A stretch of 64,000 nt of DNA, from contig CACEDS010000002.1 in NCBI GenBank assembly GCA_902558395.1, positions 98,043 through 162,042 on the forward strand. The letters are read 5' to 3'. The notes beneath the pieces were generated by a model, which ran no database searches, was not told the origin of the DNA, and saw nothing but the letters and a program-made list of their open reading frames with translations. Positions 23,791 through 33,344 of the stretch are shown here, piece by piece. Numbering within the stretch: position 1 is the first letter of the stretch; every line of letters begins with the position of its first letter. Source of the DNA: an uncultured SAR86 cluster bacterium (GTDB taxonomy: Bacteria > Pseudomonadota > Gammaproteobacteria > Magnimaribacterales > D2472). The position numbers and the translations under genes are program-made.

Positions 23791-25095
23791 CTAACTTTCT
23801 AAAAGTATATCCTTGTCCTCACAAAGAGCAAAGCCATTCACACCGATGAAACGATCTAGCTCATCCCTGCCTATATCAATATGAGCATATATTTGACCGG
23901 TAGATGATATTTTTTCTTCATTTATACAACCCATCATAAATAGCTTTGATCTAATTTTTCCCAAAGATGATTCTAATGAAACCCATCCTTTGTATATGCC
24001 ATTAAAAAGCTCTTCATTTATTAAATCTCTTAGCTCTGCTATACCAATATTTTTTTCAGCTGATATCCAAACCTCTTTCGAGGTCTTATTTAAAGAATCT
24101 TTACAACAAAACCTGTCTACAAGATCACATTTATTATTAATTCTTATTTGTGGAATTTCTTCTAAATTTAGGTCAGTTAATATCTTATTTACTTCTACTT
24201 CTTTTTGTTTTCTATCTACATCTGAAGCATCTACAACATGGAGCAATAAGTCTGCTGATTTAAGCTCATCTAATGTGGCTTTAAATGACTCAACAAGCTG
24301 AGTTGGTAGTTGAGATATAAAACCAACAGTATCAGAAAATAGTATTGGTCCAAGTTCTGGATCTATATTTTTTCTAGTTACTGAATCTAAAGTTGCAAAT
24401 AGCTTATCTTCTGCTTGCTGTTTACTGTTTGTAAGAGAATTAAAGAGAGTTGTTTTGCCTGCATTTGTATAACCAACAAGAGCAACTAATTTATTTCTGC
24501 TTTTTTTTCTTGAATAGCTGTTAAGTTGTTTTTGTTTGTGAGCTTTATCTAGTCTTGACTTAAGTCTCTTAATTCTGTGACCAATTAATCTTCTATCAGT
24601 TTCAAGCTGGGTTTCACCAGGACCTCTTAGTCCGATACCCCCCTTCTGTCTTTCTAAGTGGGTCCACCCTCTTATCAGCCTAGTAGACAAGTGGTTTAGT
24701 TGTGCTAATTCTACTTGGAGTTTACCAATATGAGTTGTGGCTCTTGAGGCAAAGATATCGAGAATGAGCTCAGTTTTATCGATGACTCTAATTTTTAAAT
24801 ACAGTTCAAGATTTCTAGCTTGAGAGGCAGATAGCTGATGATTAACAATTGCTAAGTCTGCTTTTGTTTGCTGAACTTTATTTTTAATCTCTTCTAGCTT
24901 TCCTTTATTTATAAAGTGACTAATAGAAGGCTTGTTTTGCTTACTAATGCTTTTGTCAACTATTTCAGCTCCAGCGGAATTGACTAATTCCTGAAATTCT
25001 TCAAAATCATTTTCAAGCTCATGGCCAGTTTTAAGAGATTCGACTTCAAGAAAGATTATTAATGTTTTTGAAATTTGAGTTTGTTCAATAATCAT
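23791..25095 (-). CDS. hflX: GTPase HflX
   Basis: An HflX N-terminal domain and a coiled linker (LQVELAQL...GPGETQLETDRR) are present. The G-domain motifs are GYTNAGKTTLFN, DTVGF and NKCD. Confidence 0.92.
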   Translation of the reverse strand: MIIEQTQISKTLIIFLEVESLKTGHELENDFEEFQELVNSAGAEIVDKSISKQNKPSISHFINKGKLEEIKNKVQQTKADLAIVNHQLSASQARNLELYLKIRVIDKTELILDIFASRATTHIGKLQVELAQLNHLSTRLIRGWTHLERQKGGIGLRGPGETQLETDRRLIGHRIKRLKSRLDKAHKQKQLNSYSRKKSRNKLVALVGYTNAGKTTLFNSLTNSKQQAEDKLFATLDSVTRKNIDPELGPILFSDTVGFISQLPTQLVESFKATLDELKSADLLLHVVDASDVDRKQKEVEVNKILTDLNLEEIPQIRINNKCDLVDRFCCKDSLNKTSKEVWISAEKNIGIAELRDLINEELFNGIYKGWVSLESSLGKIRSKLFMMGCINEEKISSTGQIYAHIDIGRDELDRFIGVNGFALCEDKDILLES

Positions 25096-25465
25096 ATTTT
25101 TAAGAATATTGTAGAGATTTTATAAAAATTTGTTACTATTAAATTGATATCATTAAAAATTCTTTTAGGAGATTATTTATAGATAAAGGCGAAAGAGCAA
25201 GGAAGTCAGCAATTGCTAGTTCAAAGAGAAAAGCTGTGAGAGAAATTAAAAAAAAGAGACTCAATAAGCTTTATAGAGAATTACGAAAAGCTCGAAAAAA
25301 ATAAAGTAAGTCTTTGAACATAGTATTCGGATTGTACTTTTAATATAAAAGTAATAGGGGTTTATATAATTTAAAAATGATAGATAAAATTTTAGAAAAA
25401 GTAGATAAGTATATTGTTTTGATTATTGTTGTGCTTTGTCTTTTTATTGCTAGCGTGGCGTAAGC

Positions 25466-26050
25466 CTAAAATTTCTTTTTTTGAGATTCACATTTACCTG
25501 AAGCAAAAATTTCAATTTTTGGATTCTTGTTTTTTGAACCATCTTTTTTATTAAGCCATATATCTCCCGACATCTGACCCTTGCCTGTATACCAGTTAAA
25601 AGTATTTGAAATTCTATAAGCACCGACTTCGTAATCTGGAAAAATACTATGGGTTTCACCAGATCTCATTGAATGTTCTACTGTGATACCAGTTTTAGAT
25701 TTTGTGGCTTCCCACTCGGCATCTGGATTAATCCATATTGGAGAAGGTTCTAGTGTATGAGTAAGTGATTTAAACGTTTCTTTTTCTGAATCAACTTCCC
25801 AGTACTGAACGATATAAATTTTATCTTTTTGCCAATCTTCTTCAGCAAAGTTTGTTTTTGCTCTTTGAAGTAAAAATAAAGATTGTTGAGTCTGTCTAGC
25901 TAAATTTTTAAAGAGCTCTATACCTTCAGAAAGGTATGTCTTCTTAATATCTTTATAGGTTACTGAGTAAGTTCCATCTAACTCACATAAAACTTTGCTA
26001 GTCTCTCCATAAATAGAAAAAGAAAATAAAATCAGAAGAAGATATCGCAT
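25466..26050 (-). CDS. secreted hypothetical protein
   Basis: The 194 aa protein has a signal peptide (MRYLLLILFSFSIYG). It has one Cys near each end. I do not recognise a family. Confidence 0.5.
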   Translation of the reverse strand: MRYLLLILFSFSIYGETSKVLCELDGTYSVTYKDIKKTYLSEGIELFKNLARQTQQSLFLLQRAKTNFAEEDWQKDKIYIVQYWEVDSEKETFKSLTHTLEPSPIWINPDAEWEATKSKTGITVEHSMRSGETHSIFPDYEVGAYRISNTFNWYTGKGQMSGDIWLNKKDGSKNKNPKIEIFASGKCESQKKKF

Positions 26051-26057
26051 AATTTTT

Positions 26058-26312
26058 TTAGCTTGGGTATTTGCTTGCCCAGTACTTGTCTAATACAAAA
26101 TACCAAACACTGTTTAACAAAGGCTCTACAATTGCATCCGTTATAGCTGCAGAGAAGCTAGCACCAGTAAAATACATCACGCATGAGGCTGCAATAACAA
26201 AATGGCCAATTGTATATATGATTGTTCTTATGATAGTTCCGCGATTAGCTTGATACACTCTCTGAATTGGTGCGTTAAAGAGCATTACTGATTTTTTAAT
26301 TTGTTCAATCAT
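26058..26312 (-). CDS. DUF2061-like small membrane protein
   Basis: The 84 aa protein has two TM helices. The pattern RTIIYTIGHFVIA...EPLLNSVWYFVLDKYW resembles DUF2061. Confidence 0.5.
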   Translation of the reverse strand: MIEQIKKSVMLFNAPIQRVYQANRGTIIRTIIYTIGHFVIAASCVMYFTGASFSAAITDAIVEPLLNSVWYFVLDKYWASKYPS

Positions 26313-26377
26313 ATTGTTCCAACTATAACAAAAAAATCATAATTGAAGATAGTCAAATAACCATTTAATATGGCAAG

Positions 26378-28801
26378 ATGCTCAATCCTGAAAAACTCAT
26401 AAAAGAACTGACAGTTAAAGAAAAGATTCAAATTTTAAGTGGTTATGATGCTTGGTATACCCATAAAATTGAAAGATTAAACATCCCAAGCCTCAAAATG
26501 TCTGATGGACCTAATGGTGTCAGAGGTGATGGAAAATCAGGTAAGTCATCTGCATGTTTTCCATGTGCTATATCTGTTGGGTCAACATGGAATATGGAAC
26601 TTATTAACGAACTTGGGCAAGAATTAGGAAATGAAGCAAAAGCAAAAGGTGTAGATGTTCTTTTGGGTCCGACCATTAACATCCACAGACATCCTTTAGG
26701 GGGAAGGCATTTTGAATGTTTTTCTGAAGATCCTTTTTTAACAGGGAAAATAGCTATTGACTATGTAAGCGGTGTTCAATCAAGAGAAGTGGCTGCATGT
26801 TTAAAGCATTTTGTTGGTAATGATACAGAATTTGAAAGGTACACAGTTAGCTCAAATATTGATGAAAAGACATTAAGAGAAATATATCTTCTTCCTTTTG
26901 AAATGGCTATAAAAGAAGCCAATGCTCAAGTTGTCATGAGTGCTTACAACAAACTAAATAATATTTATTGTAGCTCGGATGAAAACCTCCTTATAAATAT
27001 TTTAAAAAATGAATGGGGTTTTGATGGTTATGTTGTCAGTGATTGGGGCGCTGCAACTGAAACTATTGAAAATGCATTAGGCGGACTTGATCTAGAAATG
27101 CCTGGCCCTGCTAAAACATGGGGAGAAAATTTACTTAAAGCAGTTAATGAACAAAAAATATCAATTGAGATGATTGATGACAAAGTAAAAAGAATATTGA
27201 ATGTATTAAATTTCTCTAAAAGATATGAAAATCTAGAAAACCAATCAGAAGGTGTTGTTAATTCAAGTTCACAGCGACAACTTTTAAAAAGAGCTGCTCA
27301 AGAAGGGATGGTTCTATTGAAGAATGAAAATATCCTTCCAATGAAAAAAGATATTTCTTCAATTGGCATTATTGGGCCAAATGGAACTAAAGCTCAGATA
27401 ATAGGTGGTGGGAGCGCAACTCTTGTGCCCTACTATGAATCACACCCAATTGAAGCTTTTAAAAGCTCTTTGAATGACAATACTTTAATTCGATCCTCAA
27501 AGGGATGCCATACCTATAGATACCTTCCTGAAATAAATAAATCACTTACAAAAGAAGATGGGTTTTTGGTTGAATACTTTAATGTCACTGAGCGCGGGAA
27601 TGATTTCATTTCTAGCAAGGTTTTAACCGGAAGTAAGTTTTGGATATTTGAAGGTTTTGCAAAGGATATTATTGGGGGTGACGAAAAACCCGATATTCTT
27701 GTTAAATTTTCTTGCACTTATACTCCAAACATAACTGGCGAACATAACTTTGAAATTTTTGCGATAGGAAAAAGCAAGTTACTAATTGATGAGACTGAAA
27801 TAATAGATAACTGGACTAATACTTCTCCAGGAGATGCATTTTTTGCTCATGGAACTACTTCAAAAAGAGGCAGCAAAGTACTTAAGGAAAATAAAAGTTA
27901 TAAGATTGAGATTCAATATAAATTTGAAGGCAATTTTCCTGCTATTTACATAGGATGTCAGCCACCAGATAAAATTGATTTAATGGACGAAGCACTTAAT
28001 ATCGCAAAAGAAGTTGAGCAAGTAGTATTAATGGTTGGTACCAATTCAGACTGGGAAACTGAGGGGAATGACAGAGTAGATTTTAATCTCCCTGGTAAGC
28101 AAAATGAACTCATTGAAAAAGTATTAGAAACAAATCCTAATACAATAGTTGTTTTAAATACTGGCTCACCAATAAATATGCCATGGATTAACAAAGCGAA
28201 AGCTGTTATTCAATCATGGTACGCCGGTCAAGAATATGGCAATGCTCTTGTTGATGTTTTAACTGGGGCCACAAACCCATCTGGAAAGTTACCGACAACA
28301 TTTCCAGTAAACCTCTCAGACACTCCTGCTTTTGAATCCTATCCCGGTAAAAATTTACAAATGGATTATGATGAAAAATTATTGGTGGGCTATAAATGGT
28401 ATGACAAGAATTTAATTGAGCCTCTTTTCCCATTTGGCCACGGTTTATCTTATACAGAATTTGAATATTCCAAATTAAAAATTAAAAAGGATATGAATGA
28501 TAGTTTTATTTGTTCATATATTATCAAAAATACTGGAGATACTTCCGGTTCTGAGATTTCACAATGTTATGTGCAGCCAAATGAAAGTGACAACAATGAA
28601 CCAATTAAAACACTTCAGGGTTTCGATAAAACATTTTTGAATCCAGGTGAGTCCAAAGAAATTGAGATTGAATTAAGTAAAAGAAATTTCTCCTCATGGG
28701 ATTTATCAAAGAACGACTGGGATATTAAATATAAAGAATATGATATTTTGATAGGATCTTCGTCAAGGGATATTAAACTGATTGAAAGAATTAATTTATA
28801 G
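26378..28801 (+). CDS. glycoside hydrolase family 3 beta-glucosidase with an inserted PA14-like domain
   Basis: The motifs MSDGPNGVRG, KHFVGND and GYVVSDWGA (catalytic Asp region) are present. A C-terminal GH3 domain and an Fn3-like tail (FPFGHGLSYTEFEY) follow. An extra ~150 aa lies between the domains. Confidence 0.9.
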   Translation: MLNPEKLIKELTVKEKIQILSGYDAWYTHKIERLNIPSLKMSDGPNGVRGDGKSGKSSACFPCAISVGSTWNMELINELGQELGNEAKAKGVDVLLGPTINIHRHPLGGRHFECFSEDPFLTGKIAIDYVSGVQSREVAACLKHFVGNDTEFERYTVSSNIDEKTLREIYLLPFEMAIKEANAQVVMSAYNKLNNIYCSSDENLLINILKNEWGFDGYVVSDWGAATETIENALGGLDLEMPGPAKTWGENLLKAVNEQKISIEMIDDKVKRILNVLNFSKRYENLENQSEGVVNSSSQRQLLKRAAQEGMVLLKNENILPMKKDISSIGIIGPNGTKAQIIGGGSATLVPYYESHPIEAFKSSLNDNTLIRSSKGCHTYRYLPEINKSLTKEDGFLVEYFNVTERGNDFISSKVLTGSKFWIFEGFAKDIIGGDEKPDILVKFSCTYTPNITGEHNFEIFAIGKSKLLIDETEIIDNWTNTSPGDAFFAHGTTSKRGSKVLKENKSYKIEIQYKFEGNFPAIYIGCQPPDKIDLMDEALNIAKEVEQVVLMVGTNSDWETEGNDRVDFNLPGKQNELIEKVLETNPNTIVVLNTGSPINMPWINKAKAVIQSWYAGQEYGNALVDVLTGATNPSGKLPTTFPVNLSDTPAFESYPGKNLQMDYDEKLLVGYKWYDKNLIEPLFPFGHGLSYTEFEYSKLKIKKDMNDSFICSYIIKNTGDTSGSEISQCYVQPNESDNNEPIKTLQGFDKTFLNPGESKEIEIELSKRNFSSWDLSKNDWDIKYKEYDILIGSSSRDIKLIERINL

Positions 28802-30794
28802 TTAATTGTTTAATTTCTGCATTTGTTAAATTAAGGCTTGTAGCAAAAATAGAGCTATTTAATTCGTTAATAGTTCTTGGTCCAATAAGTGGGAATATTA
28901 TCTTTGAAAATTGCATTACATACGCAAGAGCAATCTCTATTGGTTCAACATTCCTTTCTGCTGCTATATTAAAACAAATCTCCCTTTTTTTTAGATTACT
29001 TTCACTATGCCAAACTCTTTTCTCTTCGTCCATGGATGGATTTGAAAAATGATCACTTGTAGCTATTTCTTTTTTCTTAATAAAAAAGCCTCTTGCAGTA
29101 CTAGACCATGGAAACAATATGATATTGTTTTGATCAATGTAATCTAAAAAATTATTATCAATAGCCACACAACCAGGCCACACAGGATCAATCATTTCTG
29201 CAAGACTAAAGTTGTTACTTAATATAGTAAAAGGTTCCTTATTTTCTTTAAGTGCAAAATCTCTGGCTTGTTTAAACCTTTCTAGCTTCCAATTAGAGGC
29301 ACCAATTTTATGAATAAGGCCTTCGGCTTTTATTTCATCAAGAGCATCAATAAATTCAGATACTGGTATGTCGTTGTTGTCCCTGTGGAGACAATAAATA
29401 TCAATTTTATCAAGATTTAACCTTTCTAATGATTCGATGATTTGCGGTTTAATACATTCCGGTCTGCAATCAGGTGTATGCGCCCCCTTGCCCAAAACTA
29501 TAACCTCTTCTTGAACGCCTCTAGAATTAATCCAATTTCCTAAATATTTATCACCCATGCCATTGTTATAAATATATGCTGTATCAAAAACTCTTCCCCC
29601 TGCTCCGTAAAAATAATCAAACATAGCAAAAGCATGAATGTCTGAAGTTTGATTGTCGCAACCAAGAACTAACCTAGAAAAATCTTTATCAAATCCATCG
29701 ATTTTGATTCCCTCAAGTTTTTTATTTTGGGTAGAAAAAAACTTTGATTTAATAAGTTGAGAAGTCTCTTTTGATTCGTGAGGGCACTTAATACCAAGCT
29801 CTTTTCTCCATTTATCAAGCCACAACATTATGCTTTGAGAATCAGCATGAGATATTAAATCAGATTCCAATTTATTGTTAAGAATACATTCAGAAGCGTG
29901 ATCGATTTCTCTTGTAAAGAGCCCAACCTCATCTTTGTAAGAAATTTCATCAACAAGTTTATTTTTGGAATAAACCTTTATTGAAGAATGTCCGTCTTGA
30001 AATTGACCACAGTGCCATGGTTGGCTAACACTTAACTTATAGTCGCCACTAATAATTTCTAAGTTATTTTCATATACCTCATTAATGGCGCATGAGATAT
30101 TAGCCTCAATATTTTCTGAAAACAAAATACGAGCTTTTGAATTGCTATCAACACCAGTCTCATCCAAGTTACCACTAGCTTCAATGCTTATTGGGTCCGC
30201 ATACGGTTTTTTTAATATATGTCCTGCTAATAATTTACTCATTGATAAGGGATAACAGCCTACATCCATAATAGCTCCGCCGCCTAACATAGGGTTTCTT
30301 AATCTATGGTCTTTAGATATTTCTGCATGGAATCCAAATGAAGAATTAATTTCTACTTTTTCATTAGTGTCACACAAGCTCTCAATATTTTTAAGAATAT
30401 TAAAAGTTTGTGGGTGCGTTCTATACATATAAGCTTCCATTAAGAAAACTCCACAATCTTTAGCCAGTCCAAATAGGACCATACTTTCAATATGATTCAT
30501 TGCAATTGGCTTTTCACATAGGACATGTTTGTTGTTCTTTATTGCTTGCAATGCATATTCAAAATGTGAACTGTGAGGTGTTGCAATATAAATTGCATCT
30601 ATTGTATTTGATGCAACTAGCTCATCAATTTCATTTATACCGGCAACATCGAATTTCTGAGAGAATGTTTGAAGTGTCTCTTTATTTCTTCCAAAAACAG
30701 CAATCAACTCTGCATGATTGCAATGCTTTATTGAATGCGCAAAAGCGTTCGCTATTGAACCAGTTCCAATAATACCCCATCTAACCTTAGACAT
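28791..30794 (-). CDS. fusion protein: Gfo/Idh/MocA NAD(P)-oxidoreductase (N-terminal) + aldo/keto reductase (C-terminal)
   Basis: The N-terminal half has RWGIIGTGSIANAF and LCEKPIAMN. The C-terminal half has FDTAYIYNNGMGDKYLG, IDIYCLHRDN and KIGASNW, which are typical AKR motifs. It is a single 667-codon frame. Confidence 0.8.
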   Translation of the reverse strand: MSKVRWGIIGTGSIANAFAHSIKHCNHAELIAVFGRNKETLQTFSQKFDVAGINEIDELVASNTIDAIYIATPHSSHFEYALQAIKNNKHVLCEKPIAMNHIESMVLFGLAKDCGVFLMEAYMYRTHPQTFNILKNIESLCDTNEKVEINSSFGFHAEISKDHRLRNPMLGGGAIMDVGCYPLSMSKLLAGHILKKPYADPISIEASGNLDETGVDSNSKARILFSENIEANISCAINEVYENNLEIISGDYKLSVSQPWHCGQFQDGHSSIKVYSKNKLVDEISYKDEVGLFTREIDHASECILNNKLESDLISHADSQSIMLWLDKWRKELGIKCPHESKETSQLIKSKFFSTQNKKLEGIKIDGFDKDFSRLVLGCDNQTSDIHAFAMFDYFYGAGGRVFDTAYIYNNGMGDKYLGNWINSRGVQEEVIVLGKGAHTPDCRPECIKPQIIESLERLNLDKIDIYCLHRDNNDIPVSEFIDALDEIKAEGLIHKIGASNWKLERFKQARDFALKENKEPFTILSNNFSLAEMIDPVWPGCVAIDNNFLDYIDQNNIILFPWSSTARGFFIKKKEIATSDHFSNPSMDEEKRVWHSESNLKKREICFNIAAERNVEPIEIALAYVMQFSKIIFPLIGPRTINELNSSIFATSLNLTNAEIKQLTIN

Positions 30795-32158
30795 TTTTTT
30801 AGCTTTCTTAAATTAATCTCATCAATCAATTTTTTATGGAACTCTCTGTCAATTGGATAAAAATATACCAAAACAAAACTTATAAAAACTCCAATAAGAG
30901 GAATAAGTGACATTAAATCTTTTAAAGATTCTAAGGTTTGCTCAGTCTGAACTTCATTAGGCTCAAAACCGATGTTCGTTAGTATCATTCCTAAAATTAC
31001 TGCAGCGAATGCTATTGCTCCTTTCTGAGCAAAAGTCATAAAACCATACAATGAGGATTCAGTCCTAACGCCAGTCTTCCATTCACCATATTCAATAGTA
31101 TCTGGTAGCATTGACCAAAACAAAACGCCAGTAGCACCATTTGCAAAACCAATAAAAGACAAAATAAATAAGAGCTCATTAAGCTCTGCAATTGGATAAA
31201 GATAAAATATACAAAATCCTATGAATAATAAAGTCATAGACAGCATCCATGTATTTTTCTTTCCAAGCTTTATTGCTAAAAAAGCCCATATAGGTATAGC
31301 AAGAAGATTAGCCCCACTAAGAACAGCTAAGATTGTGCCTTGATATTCATGAAGACCGAGAGCATATTTTGTAAAATAAATTAGATTGTTATTAAACATT
31401 AAATACGTTGATATCAGAATTAAAATAGCTGAAAAAACTATCCAAAAAGGATAATTATTTGTTACAGATTTAAAGACATTTTTAAAACTTGGCAGTTCTT
31501 CTTTAGTAAATTCAAAAGATCTTTCTTCAACAAAAAATACTGTGATTGAAAGTATAACCACAGCAGTAAAACCTGCAATGAGGCCAAGATATACAAAACC
31601 TAAAGCTTCTTCACCGCCCCCAAAAAATAGAACAATTGGAAATGCAAGAGCAGAAATTGAAAATGTGCCAGCAGCTGCAGCTAGCATCCTAGCGGTAGTC
31701 AATTTTGTTCTCTCATCACTGTCATCGGTAATTCTTGCGGTTAACGAAGAATAAGGAACGCTTACAATCGTAAAACAAGTTCTATGAATTAAATTTACCA
31801 GCAATAAGAAAATAAATAAGAAAGTTCCTTCAAATGGAGGAACCCATAAAAGAAGTACAAAAGACAGAGCTAATGGAACTGAACCATAAAGTATATAAGG
31901 TCTATAACTTCCCATTTTTGTTCTAGTTCTCTCAGCCATATAACCCATAAAGGGATCGGTGACCGCATCCCATGCTATGCCTAAGGCATATATCCAGCCA
32001 GCCATTAATGGCGAAATTCCAACAACGTCCGTATAGAAATAAAGGAGATAGAGGCTGACGCCACTCCAATATAAACAAATAGCATAATCACCTATTCCAT
32101 AGGCGGCCCTAGTTTTATTTGCACGAAAAAATTCTTTAATATCGAGATTAATGTTCAT
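30752..32158 (-). CDS. glycoside-pentoside-hexuronide (GPH):cation symporter family transporter
   Basis: The 468 aa protein has about 12 TM helices. It has a YGIGDYAICLYW N-terminus and a DAVTDPFMGYMAERTRTKMGSYRPY loop motif, both characteristic of MelB/GPH transporters. Confidence 0.85.
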   Translation of the reverse strand: MNINLDIKEFFRANKTRAAYGIGDYAICLYWSGVSLYLLYFYTDVVGISPLMAGWIYALGIAWDAVTDPFMGYMAERTRTKMGSYRPYILYGSVPLALSFVLLLWVPPFEGTFLFIFLLLVNLIHRTCFTIVSVPYSSLTARITDDSDERTKLTTARMLAAAAGTFSISALAFPIVLFFGGGEEALGFVYLGLIAGFTAVVILSITVFFVEERSFEFTKEELPSFKNVFKSVTNNYPFWIVFSAILILISTYLMFNNNLIYFTKYALGLHEYQGTILAVLSGANLLAIPIWAFLAIKLGKKNTWMLSMTLLFIGFCIFYLYPIAELNELLFILSFIGFANGATGVLFWSMLPDTIEYGEWKTGVRTESSLYGFMTFAQKGAIAFAAVILGMILTNIGFEPNEVQTEQTLESLKDLMSLIPLIGVFISFVLVYFYPIDREFHKKLIDEINLRKLKKCLRLDGVLLELVQ

Positions 32159-32205
32159 ATTAAAATTTTTTAATAGCTTGATGTTCTAATGTATATGAAA
32201 AAGCT

Positions 32206-33147
32206 ATGTATTGCATGTCTAAAATATGTAAGACTAGTCTTATGGCCTATCAAGAAGGATATTCAGAGAATAATGGTATTAAAATATTTTATAGAGATTA
32301 TGGACCAAAGGATGCCACACCGGTTCTTTTAGTCCATGGGCTTGGAGCACAATTAGTTCATTGGCCTGAGCATCTAATAGATTTTCTGATAGAAAATAAC
32401 TATAGACCAATCACTTTTGACAATAGAGATTCCGGGTTATCAACGAGATTTAAAAAAAAACCATCAATTGTTTTAGGTTACCTAAGATATTTTTTTAGAC
32501 TACCAATAAAGTCTGAATACACTCTAAATGATATGGCAAGAGACGGTATAAATATTTTAGATCATTTGAACATCAATCAAGCGCATATAATAGGCACTTC
32601 CATGGGGGGTATGATTAGCCAAATTATTTGTGCTAAATATCCTCAACGTGTAAAAACTTTTACTCTCATAGCCTCAACAGCATCTGTCCCAGGACCTTTG
32701 AATGGAGCTACAAAAGAAGTACGAGATATGATGGTTAGTCGATCGCAGACTACAGACCCAACTATGGATGAGGTATATCAAAGAGAACTTAAATGGGTTG
32801 GGCTAATTGGAATGGAGGGCAAAGAGTTAGATACTCCTAAATTTAGAGAGGATACTATAAATAACTTTAATAGAATTAAGGATGTTAAAGATGGGTTTGG
32901 TTATGCTAGGCAACTTACAGCGATTCTGTCTTCAAAAAATAGAATTAAAAAAGTTAAATCAATTAAAGCAAAAACACTTCTTATTCACGGAGAGCAAGAT
33001 CCAGTCCTGAATGTTAAAAATTCTTATTTAATGAATGAGCTTATTCCAGATAGCGACCTAATTGTCATTCCCAACATGCGCCATTTAATTGAAGAAGAAA
33101 TTCTTGATCAATTTAAAGACAAGCTAAAAATTCACCTTAAGACTTAA
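32206..33147 (+). CDS. alpha/beta-fold hydrolase
   Basis: An HGLG oxyanion motif and a GTSMGG nucleophile elbow are present, with a late HGEQD...H segment. The start is uncertain because there are alternative Met codons a few residues downstream. Confidence 0.75.
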   Translation: MYCMSKICKTSLMAYQEGYSENNGIKIFYRDYGPKDATPVLLVHGLGAQLVHWPEHLIDFLIENNYRPITFDNRDSGLSTRFKKKPSIVLGYLRYFFRLPIKSEYTLNDMARDGINILDHLNINQAHIIGTSMGGMISQIICAKYPQRVKTFTLIASTASVPGPLNGATKEVRDMMVSRSQTTDPTMDEVYQRELKWVGLIGMEGKELDTPKFREDTINNFNRIKDVKDGFGYARQLTAILSSKNRIKKVKSIKAKTLLIHGEQDPVLNVKNSYLMNELIPDSDLIVIPNMRHLIEEEILDQFKDKLKIHLKT

Positions 33148-33340
33148 TTAAATTATGTACATGTTTTCCTATAGAAAGACAGCTTGTTACACCTGGACTT
33201 TCAACTCCTTGAATATTTATAAGTCCATCAACCCCATGATCATTGAAGTCCTTTATGGAAAAATCCTTCATGGTTTCATTAAAATTTTGTAACTTAGGTC
33301 TTATACCAACATAATCCGGATGAAGTTTTGTAGAGTCTAA
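33137..33340 (-). pseudogene. 3'-terminal relic (~67 codons) of an FAD-dependent oxidoreductase gene (LhgO/YgaF-like, COG0579 type)
   Basis: My reverse-strand translation is LDSTKLHPDYVGIRPKLQNFNETMKDFSIKDFNDHGVDGLINIQGVESPGVTSCLSIGKHVHNLIKS*. It matches the conserved C-terminal Y.GIRPKL...DF.I......G.INL.GIESPGLT.SLAIG pattern. There is no N-terminal ~300 aa and no plausible full-length start. Upstream the frame runs straight into the terminator and the stop of the neighbouring gene. Confidence 0.6.
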
Positions 33341-33344
33341 TAAA

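Noticed and set aside
25378-25464. 28-codon ORF MIDKILEKVDKYIVLIIVVLCLFIASVA upstream of hflX
   Set aside because: It is a plausible mini membrane peptide, but it has no Shine-Dalgarno sequence and I cannot test its conservation. An ORF of this length is expected by chance.
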